Assembly (NCBI GenBank): GCA_020438295.1
Contig: JAGQUV010000006.1
Coordinates: forward strand, 1,535-65,534
Origin: Solirubrobacterales bacterium
GTDB lineage: Bacteria; Actinomycetota; Thermoleophilia; Solirubrobacterales; 70-9
DNA length: 64,000 bases
Direction: 5' to 3'
Shown here: positions 9,566 to 20,778 of the stretch, piece by piece
Layout of the letters: every line of letters starts with the position of its first letter
How positions within the stretch are numbered: the first letter of the stretch is position 1
Program-made: the position numbers and the translations under genes
Notes under the pieces: generated by a model
The model's input: only the letters and a program-made list of their open reading frames with translations
Database searches by the model: none
What the model was told of the DNA's origin: nothing

Positions 9566-10849
9566 ATGCCGGAACGGGATGACATCGTCGTCATGAAGTT
9601 CGGAGGCACCTCGGTCGCCGGGCCGGCCGAGATCAAACGGGCCGCCGGGCGAATCGTTGCTGCGCGCGAGGCAGGCGCCCGCGTGGTGGCCGTGCTTTCG
9701 GCCCGCGGCAAGTCGACCGACGAGTTGGTTTCGTATGCCTACGAGATCTCCGATCACCCCGATCCGCGGGAGATGGACATGCTGCTGTCGACCGGCGAGC
9801 GGATCTCCTGCGCGCTCGCCTCGATGGCGATCAACGACATGGGCCACAAAGCGGTCTCGCTGACCGGATCTCAGGCCGGGATCGTGACCGACTCATCGCA
9901 CACCAAGGCCCGCATCGTCGATGTCCGGGCCGACCGCATCAAAGAGACCCTGAGCCAGGAAGCGATCGTGCTGGTGGCCGGCTTCCAGGGCGTCTCGACC
10001 GACAGCCGCGATGTGACCACGCTGGGTCGCGGCGGCTCCGACACCACCGCGGTCGCCCTTGCCGCGGCGCTGGGTGCCTCGGTCTGCGAGATCTACACCG
10101 ACGTCGCCGGGGTCTTCACGGCAGACCCCAGGATCGTCCCCGACGCCCGCAAGCTCGCGGTCGTCTCGTTCGACGAGATGCAGGAGATGTCGGCTTCGGG
10201 GGCGAAGATACTCCAGCTGCGGTCGGTCGAGTACGCGCGGAACCACGGCGTGCCGATCCACTGCCGCAGCAGCTTCGAAGACCTGCCCGGTACCCTCGTA
10301 CTCCCCGAAAGCGAGACCATGGAACGACCGATCGTAACCGCTGTCACCCACTCCGACGACGAGTCCCGCGTGACCGTCGTTGGGGTTCGCGACGAGCCCG
10401 GCGTGGCCGGGCGGATCTTCGGTGCGCTGGCGGACGCCAACGTGAACGTCGACGTGATCATCCAGAACGAGCCGATCGGCGAGGGCGCCCTGGCCGACCT
10501 CTCGTTCACGGTGAGCCGTGAAGACCTCACCACCGCCACCGGGGTGATCGACGGCCTCGGCGACATCAGCAACTCGGTGCGCACCGACGAGCGGATCGGG
10601 AAGGTCTCGATCGTCGGCGCCGGCATGCGCAGCCACCCCGGCGTGGCGGCCAGGGTTTTCGAAGTCCTCGGCGAACAGCGGATCAACATCGAGATGATCT
10701 CGACCTCGCCGATCAAGATCTCCTGCGTGATCGCGGCCGATCAGGTGCCGGACGCGGTGCGCGCGCTCCATGCCGCGTTCGAGCTCGGCGCAGATGCGGT
10801 GCGGCCCGAAGACCCGACCGGTGAGCACCGGCCGACCGTCTCGCCCTGA
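9566..10849 (+). CDS. lysC: aspartate kinase
   Basis: [10 protein letters not shown] is at the N-terminus, with the kinase core and two C-terminal ACT domains. The start is taken at MPERDD (ATG 9566). asd follows immediately. Confidence 0.95.
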   Translation: MPERDDIVVMKFGGTSVAGPAEIKRAAGRIVAAREAGARVVAVLSARGKSTDELVSYAYEISDHPDPREMDMLLSTGERISCALASMAINDMGHKAVSLTGSQAGIVTDSSHTKARIVDVRADRIKETLSQEAIVLVAGFQGVSTDSRDVTTLGRGGSDTTAVALAAALGASVCEIYTDVAGVFTADPRIVPDARKLAVVSFDEMQEMSASGAKILQLRSVEYARNHGVPIHCRSSFEDLPGTLVLPESETMERPIVTAVTHSDDESRVTVVGVRDEPGVAGRIFGALADANVNVDVIIQNEPIGEGALADLSFTVSREDLTTATGVIDGLGDISNSVRTDERIGKVSIVGAGMRSHPGVAARVFEVLGEQRINIEMISTSPIKISCVIAADQVPDAVRALHAAFELGADAVRPEDPTGEHRPTVSP

Positions 10850-11886
10850 TGCCCGACCGTGAGTACAGAGTCGGCGTGCTCGGCGCGACCGGGGCGGTCG
10901 GCACGACCATCCTCGAGGTGCTGGTCGGTCGCGGCTTCCCGGCTTCCGAGATCGTGCCTTTCGCCTCCGAGCGGTCGGCCGGCAGGGCGATCGAGATCGG
11001 CGAGGACCTGCTCGAATGCCGGGTGCCGTCACCCGACTCGATCGAGGGGATCGAGATCCTGATCTCTTCGGCCGGTGGCTCGGTCAGCGCCGAGTGGGCC
11101 CCGAAATTCGTCGAGGCCGGAGCCGTGGTGGTCGACAACACCAGCTACTGGCGGATGAACGAAGACGTACCGCTGGTCGTGGCCGGGGTCAATCCCGAGG
11201 CCGCCGAGCATCACAACGGCATCGTCGCCAACCCCAACTGCACCACCATGGTGATGATGATGGCCCTGGCCCCGATTCACCGGGCGGTCGGCCTCGAGCG
11301 GCTGATCCTCTCGAGTTACCAGGCAGTGTCGGGCACCGGGCAGAAGGCGATCGAGGAACTTCGCGACCAGTCGGCCGCGATCCTGGCCGGCGACGAGGTC
11401 GCCGTTCCGTCGGTTTATCCGCACCAGATCGCGTTCAACGTGCTGCCCCAGGTCGAGTCGTTCAAAGACGGCGACGACTACACGACCGAAGAGCGCAAGG
11501 TGATGGCCGAGACCCGCAAGATCCTCGGCTTCGGCGATGAGGTGGGGATCTCGGCGACCTGCGCCCGGGTGCCGGTGGTCAGCGGCCATTCCGAGTCGCT
11601 CAACGTCCAGACCGCGGAACCGATCAGCCCCGACGAGTGCCGTGAACTGCTGGCCGGCGTCGACGGCGTGATCGTCGCCGACGACCCGGCCAACGGGGTC
11701 TACCCGATGGCGATCGACGCGGCCGGGATCGACGAGGTACTGGTCGGCCGGATCCGCCGTGACCCGAGCCACGAGCGCTGCCTCAATATCTGGCTGGTCG
11801 GCGACAACCTGCGCAAGGGTGCCGCCACCAACGCGGTACAGGTCGCCGAGCTGCTGGCCGAGAACGAGTGGCTGAGCCCGGGCTGA
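10849..11886 (+). CDS. asd: aspartate-semialdehyde dehydrogenase
   Basis: GATGAVG is the NAD(P) motif and IVANPNCTT contains the active-site Cys. There is a TGATG overlap with lysC. Confidence 0.95.
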   Translation: MPDREYRVGVLGATGAVGTTILEVLVGRGFPASEIVPFASERSAGRAIEIGEDLLECRVPSPDSIEGIEILISSAGGSVSAEWAPKFVEAGAVVVDNTSYWRMNEDVPLVVAGVNPEAAEHHNGIVANPNCTTMVMMMALAPIHRAVGLERLILSSYQAVSGTGQKAIEELRDQSAAILAGDEVAVPSVYPHQIAFNVLPQVESFKDGDDYTTEERKVMAETRKILGFGDEVGISATCARVPVVSGHSESLNVQTAEPISPDECRELLAGVDGVIVADDPANGVYPMAIDAAGIDEVLVGRIRRDPSHERCLNIWLVGDNLRKGAATNAVQVAELLAENEWLSPG

Positions 11887-11913
11887 GCCCGGCCACACCG
11901 GCATCGGCTCCGT

Positions 11914-12390
11914 TCAGTCGCCGTAGTCTTCGACCAGATCGGCGATGCGGTGGAACAGGGCCTGGAAGAACTCGCTGCGGGTGACCACGGCATGGACCCT
12001 GCCCTCGGTGGCGATCGGTACGACCATGACCCGGTGGTGGAGGAAGGTCTCGGCCAGCTGGGTGTCCGCGTAGTCGTCTTCGACCAGGACCGGGTCGGTG
12101 GTCAGGTAGGCCGCGATCGGCTCCTCCTGGCTCTCCATCCTGCGCTCGATCGTTTCGTCCAGTGAGCGGCTGATCATCCTGGCCGACATCAGCGTCCCGA
12201 CGTAGCCGGGGAAGACCGCCGCCATGAACTCGCGCTCGCCGAACAGGCCGGTGTAGACCCCGTCGCTGTCGACCGCCGGCAGGGCCGGAAGGCCGGATTC
12301 GACCACCTTCCGGGCGGCGTAGCCGACCGGGTCCGAAGCCGAAAGCGGCCGGACCTCGCGGATCACCGATCTGACTATGCGGTCTGCCAT
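11914..12390 (-). CDS. CBS domain-containing protein
   Basis: The 158-aa product has the CBS-pair pattern (LPAVDSDGVYTGLFGEREF ... VVPIATEGRVHAVVTRSEF). Confidence 0.8.
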   Translation of the reverse strand: MADRIVRSVIREVRPLSASDPVGYAARKVVESGLPALPAVDSDGVYTGLFGEREFMAAVFPGYVGTLMSARMISRSLDETIERRMESQEEPIAAYLTTDPVLVEDDYADTQLAETFLHHRVMVVPIATEGRVHAVVTRSEFFQALFHRIADLVEDYGD

Positions 12391-12440
12391 GACCTCACCT
12401 CGAAGAACCTAGCTTGTCCGGGAGTCGTCTCATCGCGAGT

Positions 12441-13694
12441 TCAGTAGCGCAGGAGAATGTACGCGGTTGCCATCGCGGTAGAGATCAGGGTCACCGGAAG
12501 GCCGACCCGGAGGAAGGCGACGAAGCCGATCGGATGTCCCGATTTCTCGGCGACCCCCGCGGCTGCGATGTTGGCGGCGGCCGAGACGAGGGTCAGGTTG
12601 CCCCCGAAGCAGGCCCCCAGCGAAAGGGCCCACCAGTAGGCGTCGTCGCCACTGGCCCCCTTGATGTCGGAGACCACCGGGATCATCGCCGCGGTCAGCG
12701 GGATGTTGTCGATGATCCCCCCGACCACCGCCGAGGTCCAGATGATGCCGACCAGCTCGGCGTCACGATTGCCGTCGGTCACGGTCTTGATTCCATCGGC
12801 GACGTGATCGACCGCGCCGGTGGCCTCGAGCGCCCCGACCATCACGAACAGGCCGATGAAGAAGAAGATCGTGGTCCACTCGAGGTTGGCCAGGGCGTCC
12901 TCGATCGAGATCCGGGTGACCATCAGGCCGACCGCGGCCCCGGTCAGCGCCACGGTTGCCGGTTCGATGTGGAGGTACTGGTGGAAGAAGAAGGCCAGGA
13001 TCGTGCCGGCCAGCACCGGCATGGTCCTGATCAGCTCCTTGCGGTCGGTGATCGAGGCGGCGGCGTCGAGCTGGTCCACGTACTTCCGGTTCTCCTCGGC
13101 GACCTGGAGCCGGGACCGGTAGAACAGATACAGGCCCGCGGTGATCGCGGTCAGGATCACCACCACGCCCGGCACGTTGTTGACCAGGAAGTCGTTGAAG
13201 GTCAGCCCGGCGGCATTGCCGATCAGGATGTTGGGGGGGTCGCCGATCAGGGTGGCCGCGCCGCCGATGTTGGCCGCCATCATCTCGATCATCAGCAGCG
13301 GCATCGGGTTGATGTCGAGCGTGTCGGCCAGCAGGAAAGTGATCGGCACGATCAGCAGGATCGTGGTCAGGTTGTCGAGAAAGCCGGAGAGGACGGCGAC
13401 CGTGCCGGCCATCATCACGACCAGGGCGAACGGCCTTCCCCGGGAAAGCTGCCCGGCCCTGACCGCGACGTAGTCGAAGATGCCGCTCTGGCTGGTCAGG
13501 TAGACCAGCACCATCATCCCGGTCAGCAGTCCCAGGGTCGGGAACTTGATTGACTCCAGCGCCAGGTCCTGGTTGTATTCGCCGACGAACAGGACCACGA
13601 TCGCCGCACCCAGCAGCGCGATCTTGGTGCGGTGGATCCGCTCGCTCGCGATGAACACGATCGCGATCAGGAATGTTGCTATTGCGATTGCCAG
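12441..13694 (-). CDS. ArsB/NhaD-superfamily (SLC13-like) anion permease
   Basis: SERIHRTKIALLGA..., GFLDNLTT and GDPPNILIG are typical of ArsB/NhaD/CitMHS permeases. The listed GTG start (13658) would remove TM1, so I extend to the in-frame CTG at 13694 (see the finding on this gene's start). Confidence 0.8.
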   Translation of the reverse strand: MAIAIATFLIAIVFIASERIHRTKIALLGAAIVVLFVGEYNQDLALESIKFPTLGLLTGMMVLVYLTSQSGIFDYVAVRAGQLSRGRPFALVVMMAGTVAVLSGFLDNLTTILLIVPITFLLADTLDINPMPLLMIEMMAANIGGAATLIGDPPNILIGNAAGLTFNDFLVNNVPGVVVILTAITAGLYLFYRSRLQVAEENRKYVDQLDAAASITDRKELIRTMPVLAGTILAFFFHQYLHIEPATVALTGAAVGLMVTRISIEDALANLEWTTIFFFIGLFVMVGALEATGAVDHVADGIKTVTDGNRDAELVGIIWTSAVVGGIIDNIPLTAAMIPVVSDIKGASGDDAYWWALSLGACFGGNLTLVSAAANIAAAGVAEKSGHPIGFVAFLRVGLPVTLISTAMATAYILLRY

Positions 13695-13766
13695 AAAGCG
13701 ATTCTAGGATCCCCGACCCCGCTTTCGCCGTCCCGCCCGGCCCGCCGCCCGGGTTCGCCCAGCCGG

Positions 13767-14936
13767 CTAGTGCGGTTTCAGTGCCCGGCCGAGCTGCTCG
13801 ACCGTGATCACACCGGCCAGCCGACCGACCCCGTCGGTCACCATCAGGGCACCGAACCTGCGCATGTCGGGATTGCCCAGCACGCTTTCCAGCAGCGCCT
13901 CTTCGCTGATGTGGCAGGCCCGGCTCCGGTCTTCGAGGTGATCCGCGACGACCGCCCTTTGACGGTCGATCTCGGCGATCTGCTCGATCCGGTCACGGAC
14001 CACCAATCCCAGAAACGCGCCCCGGTCGTCGACCACCGGGAACCAGGACCACCGGTAGCGGACGAAGTACTCGTCGAGTGCCCGGTCGATGGTCGTGTCG
14101 CCCGGGATTGCAACCGGGCTGTCGTCCATCACGTCGCCGACCCGGATGCCCTCGAGACGGCCGGCGACCGCCGTCTGCATGGTCGCCGCACGTGCCGAAC
14201 TGTTGACCAGAAACCCGATCAGGGCCAGCCAGATCCCGCTGAACACATACCCGTTGAACGTGATCAGGATGCCGACTCCGATGAAGATGAAGCCGAACAC
14301 ACGGCCCAGTCCGGCCGCGAATCGGGTCGCGGCACTGCGCTTACCGGTGATCTTCCAGGCGACCGCCCGGACGATCCGGCCGCCGTCCATCGGGAAAGCG
14401 GGCAGGAGGTTGAAGCCGAGCACCAGCAGGTTGACCGCGGCCAGCCAGGCGACCATCGCGGTCAGTCCGTTGGCGTCGGCCGAGACCCGGAGCTGAATCG
14501 CGTCCGAGAACGCCGAGCCGCCGACCGAGGCGATACCGATCGCGATCAGCACCGCGGCGATCACCGCGGTGACCAGCGGGCCGGCGATCGCGACCCTGAA
14601 TTCGACCCCGGGGCTGCCGGATTCCCGATCCATCTGGGCTACTCCGCCGAAGATCCAGAGCCGGATCGTGTCGATCCCGATCCCGTTGCGCACCGCCACG
14701 AACGCGTGGCCGAGCTCATGCAGCACGATCGAACCGAAGAAGCCGGCCGCGCTCGCCACCGCCAGCAGGTACGGCTCGGTCGAGGAGCCCGGCTGGTCGA
14801 GCAGGCTTCCGTAGAAGTCCGAGAGCCAGAAGATGACCAGGAACAGGATCAGGAACCAGGACCAGTCGACCGCGATCCGGATTCCCCGGACGCGGAACAG
14901 GGTGATCGTGTTTCCACCGCCGAACATGCCATTCAT
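13767..14936 (-). CDS. site-2 protease family (M50) zinc metalloprotease with C-terminal CBS pair
   Basis: HELGHAF (HExxH) and NLLPAFPMDGG are present, followed by two CBS motifs. The start MNGMFGGG is at 14936. The rest of the 1320-aa track ORF is antisense read-through. Confidence 0.88.
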   Translation of the reverse strand: MNGMFGGGNTITLFRVRGIRIAVDWSWFLILFLVIFWLSDFYGSLLDQPGSSTEPYLLAVASAAGFFGSIVLHELGHAFVAVRNGIGIDTIRLWIFGGVAQMDRESGSPGVEFRVAIAGPLVTAVIAAVLIAIGIASVGGSAFSDAIQLRVSADANGLTAMVAWLAAVNLLVLGFNLLPAFPMDGGRIVRAVAWKITGKRSAATRFAAGLGRVFGFIFIGVGILITFNGYVFSGIWLALIGFLVNSSARAATMQTAVAGRLEGIRVGDVMDDSPVAIPGDTTIDRALDEYFVRYRWSWFPVVDDRGAFLGLVVRDRIEQIAEIDRQRAVVADHLEDRSRACHISEEALLESVLGNPDMRRFGALMVTDGVGRLAGVITVEQLGRALKPH

Positions 14937-15032
14937 CGTACGGGGCGCCGGCGATCGGTCGTCCCGGGCGGGCCGTGAACCGGGCCGGCAGCGCCCGGAT
15001 TTCCGGGCGCAGGTCCGTATAGTGACCGCCTC

Positions 15033-16250
15033 GTGCTCGGCTCGACGACAACGGAATTGCGGACCTGGCTCGGGGAGCTGGAGCGGATCGAGCGCCCTTC
15101 GGCCTCCGACGGTGAGCTGCGCGCGGCCGAGTGGCTGGCCGCCCGGTTCGAGCAGATCGGGGCGCCGGCCAGGATCGAGACCGAGTCCGCCCACGGCACC
15201 TACTGGTGGCCGATCGGGATCGGCACGGTGGCCGGACTGGCCGGGGCCCTGGCCGGGCTGGGCGCCGGACGGACCGGACGGCCCAGCCCGGCCCGGCGCG
15301 CTCTGGGCATCTTCCTGGGGGCGTTCGGGGCGGCCGCGATCGCCGGTGACTTCCCTCCCCGTGGCCGCTGGCTGAGGCGCCTGTTGCCCAAGCGACCGAC
15401 CCACAACGTCGTCTGCGAGATCGGCGATCCCGGCGCCGGGCGTACGGTCGTCCTGGTCGGCCACCACGATGCCGCCCACTCCGGCCTGGTCTTTCATCCC
15501 GGGATACCCGATCTGGTGTCGAGGACCGGGATCTTCCGCAGCCTCGACACGAGCCCGATGCTGATGGCTCCGGTGATCGGGGGACCGTTGCTGGCGATGC
15601 TGGCCGGGTTGACCGGCAGCCGTCGCCTTGCCGCGGTCGCGGCGGCACTCTCGGCCGGCACGACCGCGGCGATGGCCGACATCGGACTGCGCGAGACGGT
15701 ACCCGGCGCCAACGACAACGGGACCGCGGTGGTCGCGCTGCTCGAGATCGCGCGTCGCCTGCTTGCCGACCCGCCTCCGGATCTCCGGGTGATCCTGCTC
15801 TCGACCGGTTCGGAGGAGTCGTTCAGCGAGGGGATGAAGGCGTTCGGCGAGCGACACTTTCCGGACCTGCCGGCCGAATCGACCTTCTTCATCAATCTGG
15901 ACACGGTCGGCTCGCCCCACCTCACGGTGCTCAGGGGAGAGGGCTTCCTGAAGATGTTCGAGTATCCGGCCGCAGCGCTCGAACTGGCCGACTCCACGGC
16001 TGCCGACCTGGGGATCGAGCTCTATCCCAACCTGCGGATCCGCAACGGCACCGACGGCCTGGAGGCGCTCGCCGCGGGCTACCCGACCGTCTCGATCTGC
16101 TCGTGTACCGAACACAAGCAACCGGCCAACTACCACTGGCCGAACGACGTCAGCGAGAATGTCGATTTCGAAACGGTCGACGAGGCGATCCGGCTGGCAG
16201 AGACGATGACCCGCCGGCTGGCCGAGCGGTGGCCGACCGGCCCCGGCTAG
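15033..16250 (+). CDS. M28 family metallopeptidase (membrane-associated)
   Basis: GHHDAAHSG, NDNGTAVVALLEIARRL and STGSEESFSEGMKAF are M28 metal-ligand motifs. Internal hydrophobic segments are present. Confidence 0.8.
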   Translation: MLGSTTTELRTWLGELERIERPSASDGELRAAEWLAARFEQIGAPARIETESAHGTYWWPIGIGTVAGLAGALAGLGAGRTGRPSPARRALGIFLGAFGAAAIAGDFPPRGRWLRRLLPKRPTHNVVCEIGDPGAGRTVVLVGHHDAAHSGLVFHPGIPDLVSRTGIFRSLDTSPMLMAPVIGGPLLAMLAGLTGSRRLAAVAAALSAGTTAAMADIGLRETVPGANDNGTAVVALLEIARRLLADPPPDLRVILLSTGSEESFSEGMKAFGERHFPDLPAESTFFINLDTVGSPHLTVLRGEGFLKMFEYPAAALELADSTAADLGIELYPNLRIRNGTDGLEALAAGYPTVSICSCTEHKQPANYHWPNDVSENVDFETVDEAIRLAETMTRRLAERWPTGPG

Positions 16251-17896
16251 GCGACCGGCGCGCTGCGGGCGATGATCGAACCGTAGGCGAGACCCGGGGG
16301 CAGGGTGCCAAACGCGCCACCCCAGTCGCCGTCGAGACGGGACGCGCAGAAGGCGTCGGCGACCGCCGGGTCGCCATGGCGCACCAGCAGCGATCCCTGG
16401 AAGGCGAGCGCCAGGCCTTCGATCACCCGTCGCGCCCTGACTTCCAGGGTCTCGGGCGAGCCGGTCAATTCGTCGCGGACCCGCCCGGTGAATGCGTCGA
16501 GCCGGGAGTCGGCCCCGGCGGCTTCGCCGATCTCCCCGAGCAGGGCTTCGGTCGAGTCGGGACTCTTGACCATGGCCCGCAGGGCGTCGAGGCACTGGAC
16601 GTTGCCCGAGCCTTCCCAGATCGACATCAACGGGCTCTCCCGGACCAGCCGCGGCATACCCGACTCTTCGGCGTAGCCGTTGCCGCCCAGGCATTCGAGC
16701 GATTCGACCGCGTGGGCCGGGGCCCGTTTGCATATCCAGTACTTGAGCACCGGCGTGGCGATTCGTTTGAGCAGCTGTGAGGTCTCGTCCCCGGCAGCGG
16801 CGTCGTCGTAGATGCGGGCCAGCCGCATCACCGAGGCGGTCGCGGCCTCGGACTCGAGGCTGAGGTCGGCCAGCACGTTCTCCATCAGCGGTTGGTCGAT
16901 CAGCCGCGCTCCGAACGCCGACCGGTTGGACGCGTGGTGGATCGCCTGGGCGACGCCCTCGCGCATCCCCGTGCTGGACCCGATCGCGCAATCCAGCCGG
17001 GTGTGGCCGACCATCTCGATGATCGTCTGGACGCCGCGCCCCTCCTCGCCGATCATGCGGGCCCATGCCCCGCGGAACTCGACCTCGGACGAGGCGTTGG
17101 AGCGGTTGCCTAGCTTGTCCTTGAGCCGCTGGATGTGGAAGTCGTTGCGCCTGCCGTCGGGCGTGAAACGGGGCATCAGGAAACAGGTGATCCCGCCTTC
17201 GGCCTGGGCCAGTACGAGGAAGGCGTCGCACATCGGGGCCGAGCAGAACCACTTGTGGCCGGTGATCTCGTACTCGGCGCCCGGTCCGCCACCGTTCATA
17301 GCGACCGCCCGGGTCGTGTTCGCCCGCACGTCGGAGCCGCCCTGCTTCTCGGTCATCGCCATGCCGGCCAGTGCCCCCGGCTTCTCCGGGGCCGGGCGGA
17401 GCTCGCCGTCGTATTCGAGCGAGAGGAACCGCGGCTCCCATTCGGCCGCCACCTCGGGCTGGGCCCGGAGCGCAGGGATCACCGAGAAGGTCATCGAGAT
17501 CGGGCAGCCGACCCCTGCCTCGGCCTGGCTCAGCTGGGTGAACAGCGCTGCCCGGGCGACGTTCGCGCCCGGTTCGGGTCGGCGCCAGGGGAGCCCGTGG
17601 ATGTCGTGCGAGACGGCCAGTTCCATCAGCCGGTGCCAGGCCGGATGGAACTCGACCTCGTCGATCCGGTGGCCGAACCGGTCGTGGGTCTTGAGCCGGG
17701 GCGGGAATTCGTTCGCTTCGCGGCCCCAACGCTGCACCTCGGCCGAGCCGCAGATCTCACCGAGTGCCGAGACCCGCTCGCGGGCCCAATCTCCGCCTTC
17801 CCGGTCAAGCGCCTCCTGCAGCGGGAGGTCGATTTCGAACAGGTTGACGTCCTCGAGCGGCGTCGACTGGTTGAACACTTCGTGAGTCGCACTCAT
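16247..17896 (-). CDS. acyl-CoA dehydrogenase family protein (AidB-like)
   Basis: The start is taken at MSATHEVFNQSTPL (17896). The product has an AidB-type N-terminus and an ACAD core (GMAMTEKQGGSDV, ITGHKWFCSAP). Its stop overlaps the convergent M28 stop within CTAG. Confidence 0.85.
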   Translation of the reverse strand: MSATHEVFNQSTPLEDVNLFEIDLPLQEALDREGGDWARERVSALGEICGSAEVQRWGREANEFPPRLKTHDRFGHRIDEVEFHPAWHRLMELAVSHDIHGLPWRRPEPGANVARAALFTQLSQAEAGVGCPISMTFSVIPALRAQPEVAAEWEPRFLSLEYDGELRPAPEKPGALAGMAMTEKQGGSDVRANTTRAVAMNGGGPGAEYEITGHKWFCSAPMCDAFLVLAQAEGGITCFLMPRFTPDGRRNDFHIQRLKDKLGNRSNASSEVEFRGAWARMIGEEGRGVQTIIEMVGHTRLDCAIGSSTGMREGVAQAIHHASNRSAFGARLIDQPLMENVLADLSLESEAATASVMRLARIYDDAAAGDETSQLLKRIATPVLKYWICKRAPAHAVESLECLGGNGYAEESGMPRLVRESPLMSIWEGSGNVQCLDALRAMVKSPDSTEALLGEIGEAAGADSRLDAFTGRVRDELTGSPETLEVRARRVIEGLALAFQGSLLVRHGDPAVADAFCASRLDGDWGGAFGTLPPGLAYGSIIARSAPVA

Positions 17897-17996
17897 CGGG
17901 CAAATGATCGCACAGGCCGGATCATCTTCCGGCCGATAGCATCGGAGACCGTAGAAAAGCAATCCGCGAGTCAATTCAGCGAAGGGGACAGCCGCC

Positions 17997-20230
<2,234 letters not shown>

Positions 20231-20240
20231 CCCCGGCGGT

Positions 20241-20265
20241 GGACCGGCCGGCCGCCGGCCGGTCC
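20241..20265. terminator. GC-rich hairpin between convergent genes (candidate bidirectional terminator)
   Basis: ggaccggccgg-ccg-ccggccggtcc is a perfect 11-bp inverted repeat, 11 nt after the mdh stop and 22 nt after the stop of the minus-strand gene. There is no U-tract. Confidence 0.5.
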
Positions 20266-20286
20266 GGCCGGCGGGGCCGGGCTGCC

Positions 20287-20679
20287 CTATGCCGGGAAGT
20301 AGCCGGTGCCCTTCTTCTTGACCCGGCCTTCCTTGACCAGGTCACCCATCACCCGGTAGACGTAGTTCGGTTTGATCTTGAGCGATTCGGCGATCTCCGA
20401 AGCCTTCACCCCGGGGTTGCCGGCAACCACCTTCAGGGCCTGATCGGCCCTGGTGCTGCCTTTGCGCCGGCGCTTTCCGGAACCGGACTTACTGCCGGCA
20501 CCTTTGCTGCGGCCGCGGCCGGAGCCTTTCGACCGGCCGGCGCTCTTCCTGCCGGTCACCCTGCCGGTCACCTTTTCGGTGAGTTCCCTGAGGGCCTCCT
20601 GCAATTCTTGACGCTCCTTGTCGAGTTCTGCCAGTCGGTCTTCGACTAGCCTCCTGATGGCGTCTGTATTGGAAGCCAC
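20287..20679 (-). CDS. small DNA-binding-type protein: N-terminal coiled coil, Gly/Ser/Lys/Arg-rich linker, C-terminal winged-helix
   Basis: The start is GTG with gaaagg upstream, and GC3 is high. The segment SEIAESLKIKPNYVYRVMGDLVKEGRVKKKG looks like a wHTH. I recognise no named family. Confidence 0.65.
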   Translation of the reverse strand: MASNTDAIRRLVEDRLAELDKERQELQEALRELTEKVTGRVTGRKSAGRSKGSGRGRSKGAGSKSGSGKRRRKGSTRADQALKVVAGNPGVKASEIAESLKIKPNYVYRVMGDLVKEGRVKKKGTGYFPA

Positions 20680-20778
20680 AACAGCCTTTCGCTTATTCGT
20701 TTACTTTGTCTGGCGAGGTAGTTGGTTTGCGGGAATCACAGTCAATCTACCACCTGGTGCTTACTGTAACGGAGAAGT

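Noticed and set aside
13767-17729. 1320-aa ORF on the minus strand, the longest in the track
   Set aside because: Only its last 389 codons (the M50 protease, 13767-14936) look like a real protein. The upstream ~930 codons are Arg/Pro/Gly-rich. They run antisense to the clearly recognisable M28 peptidase and, out of frame, across the same-strand AidB-like gene. This is a stop-free read-through typical of high-GC DNA.
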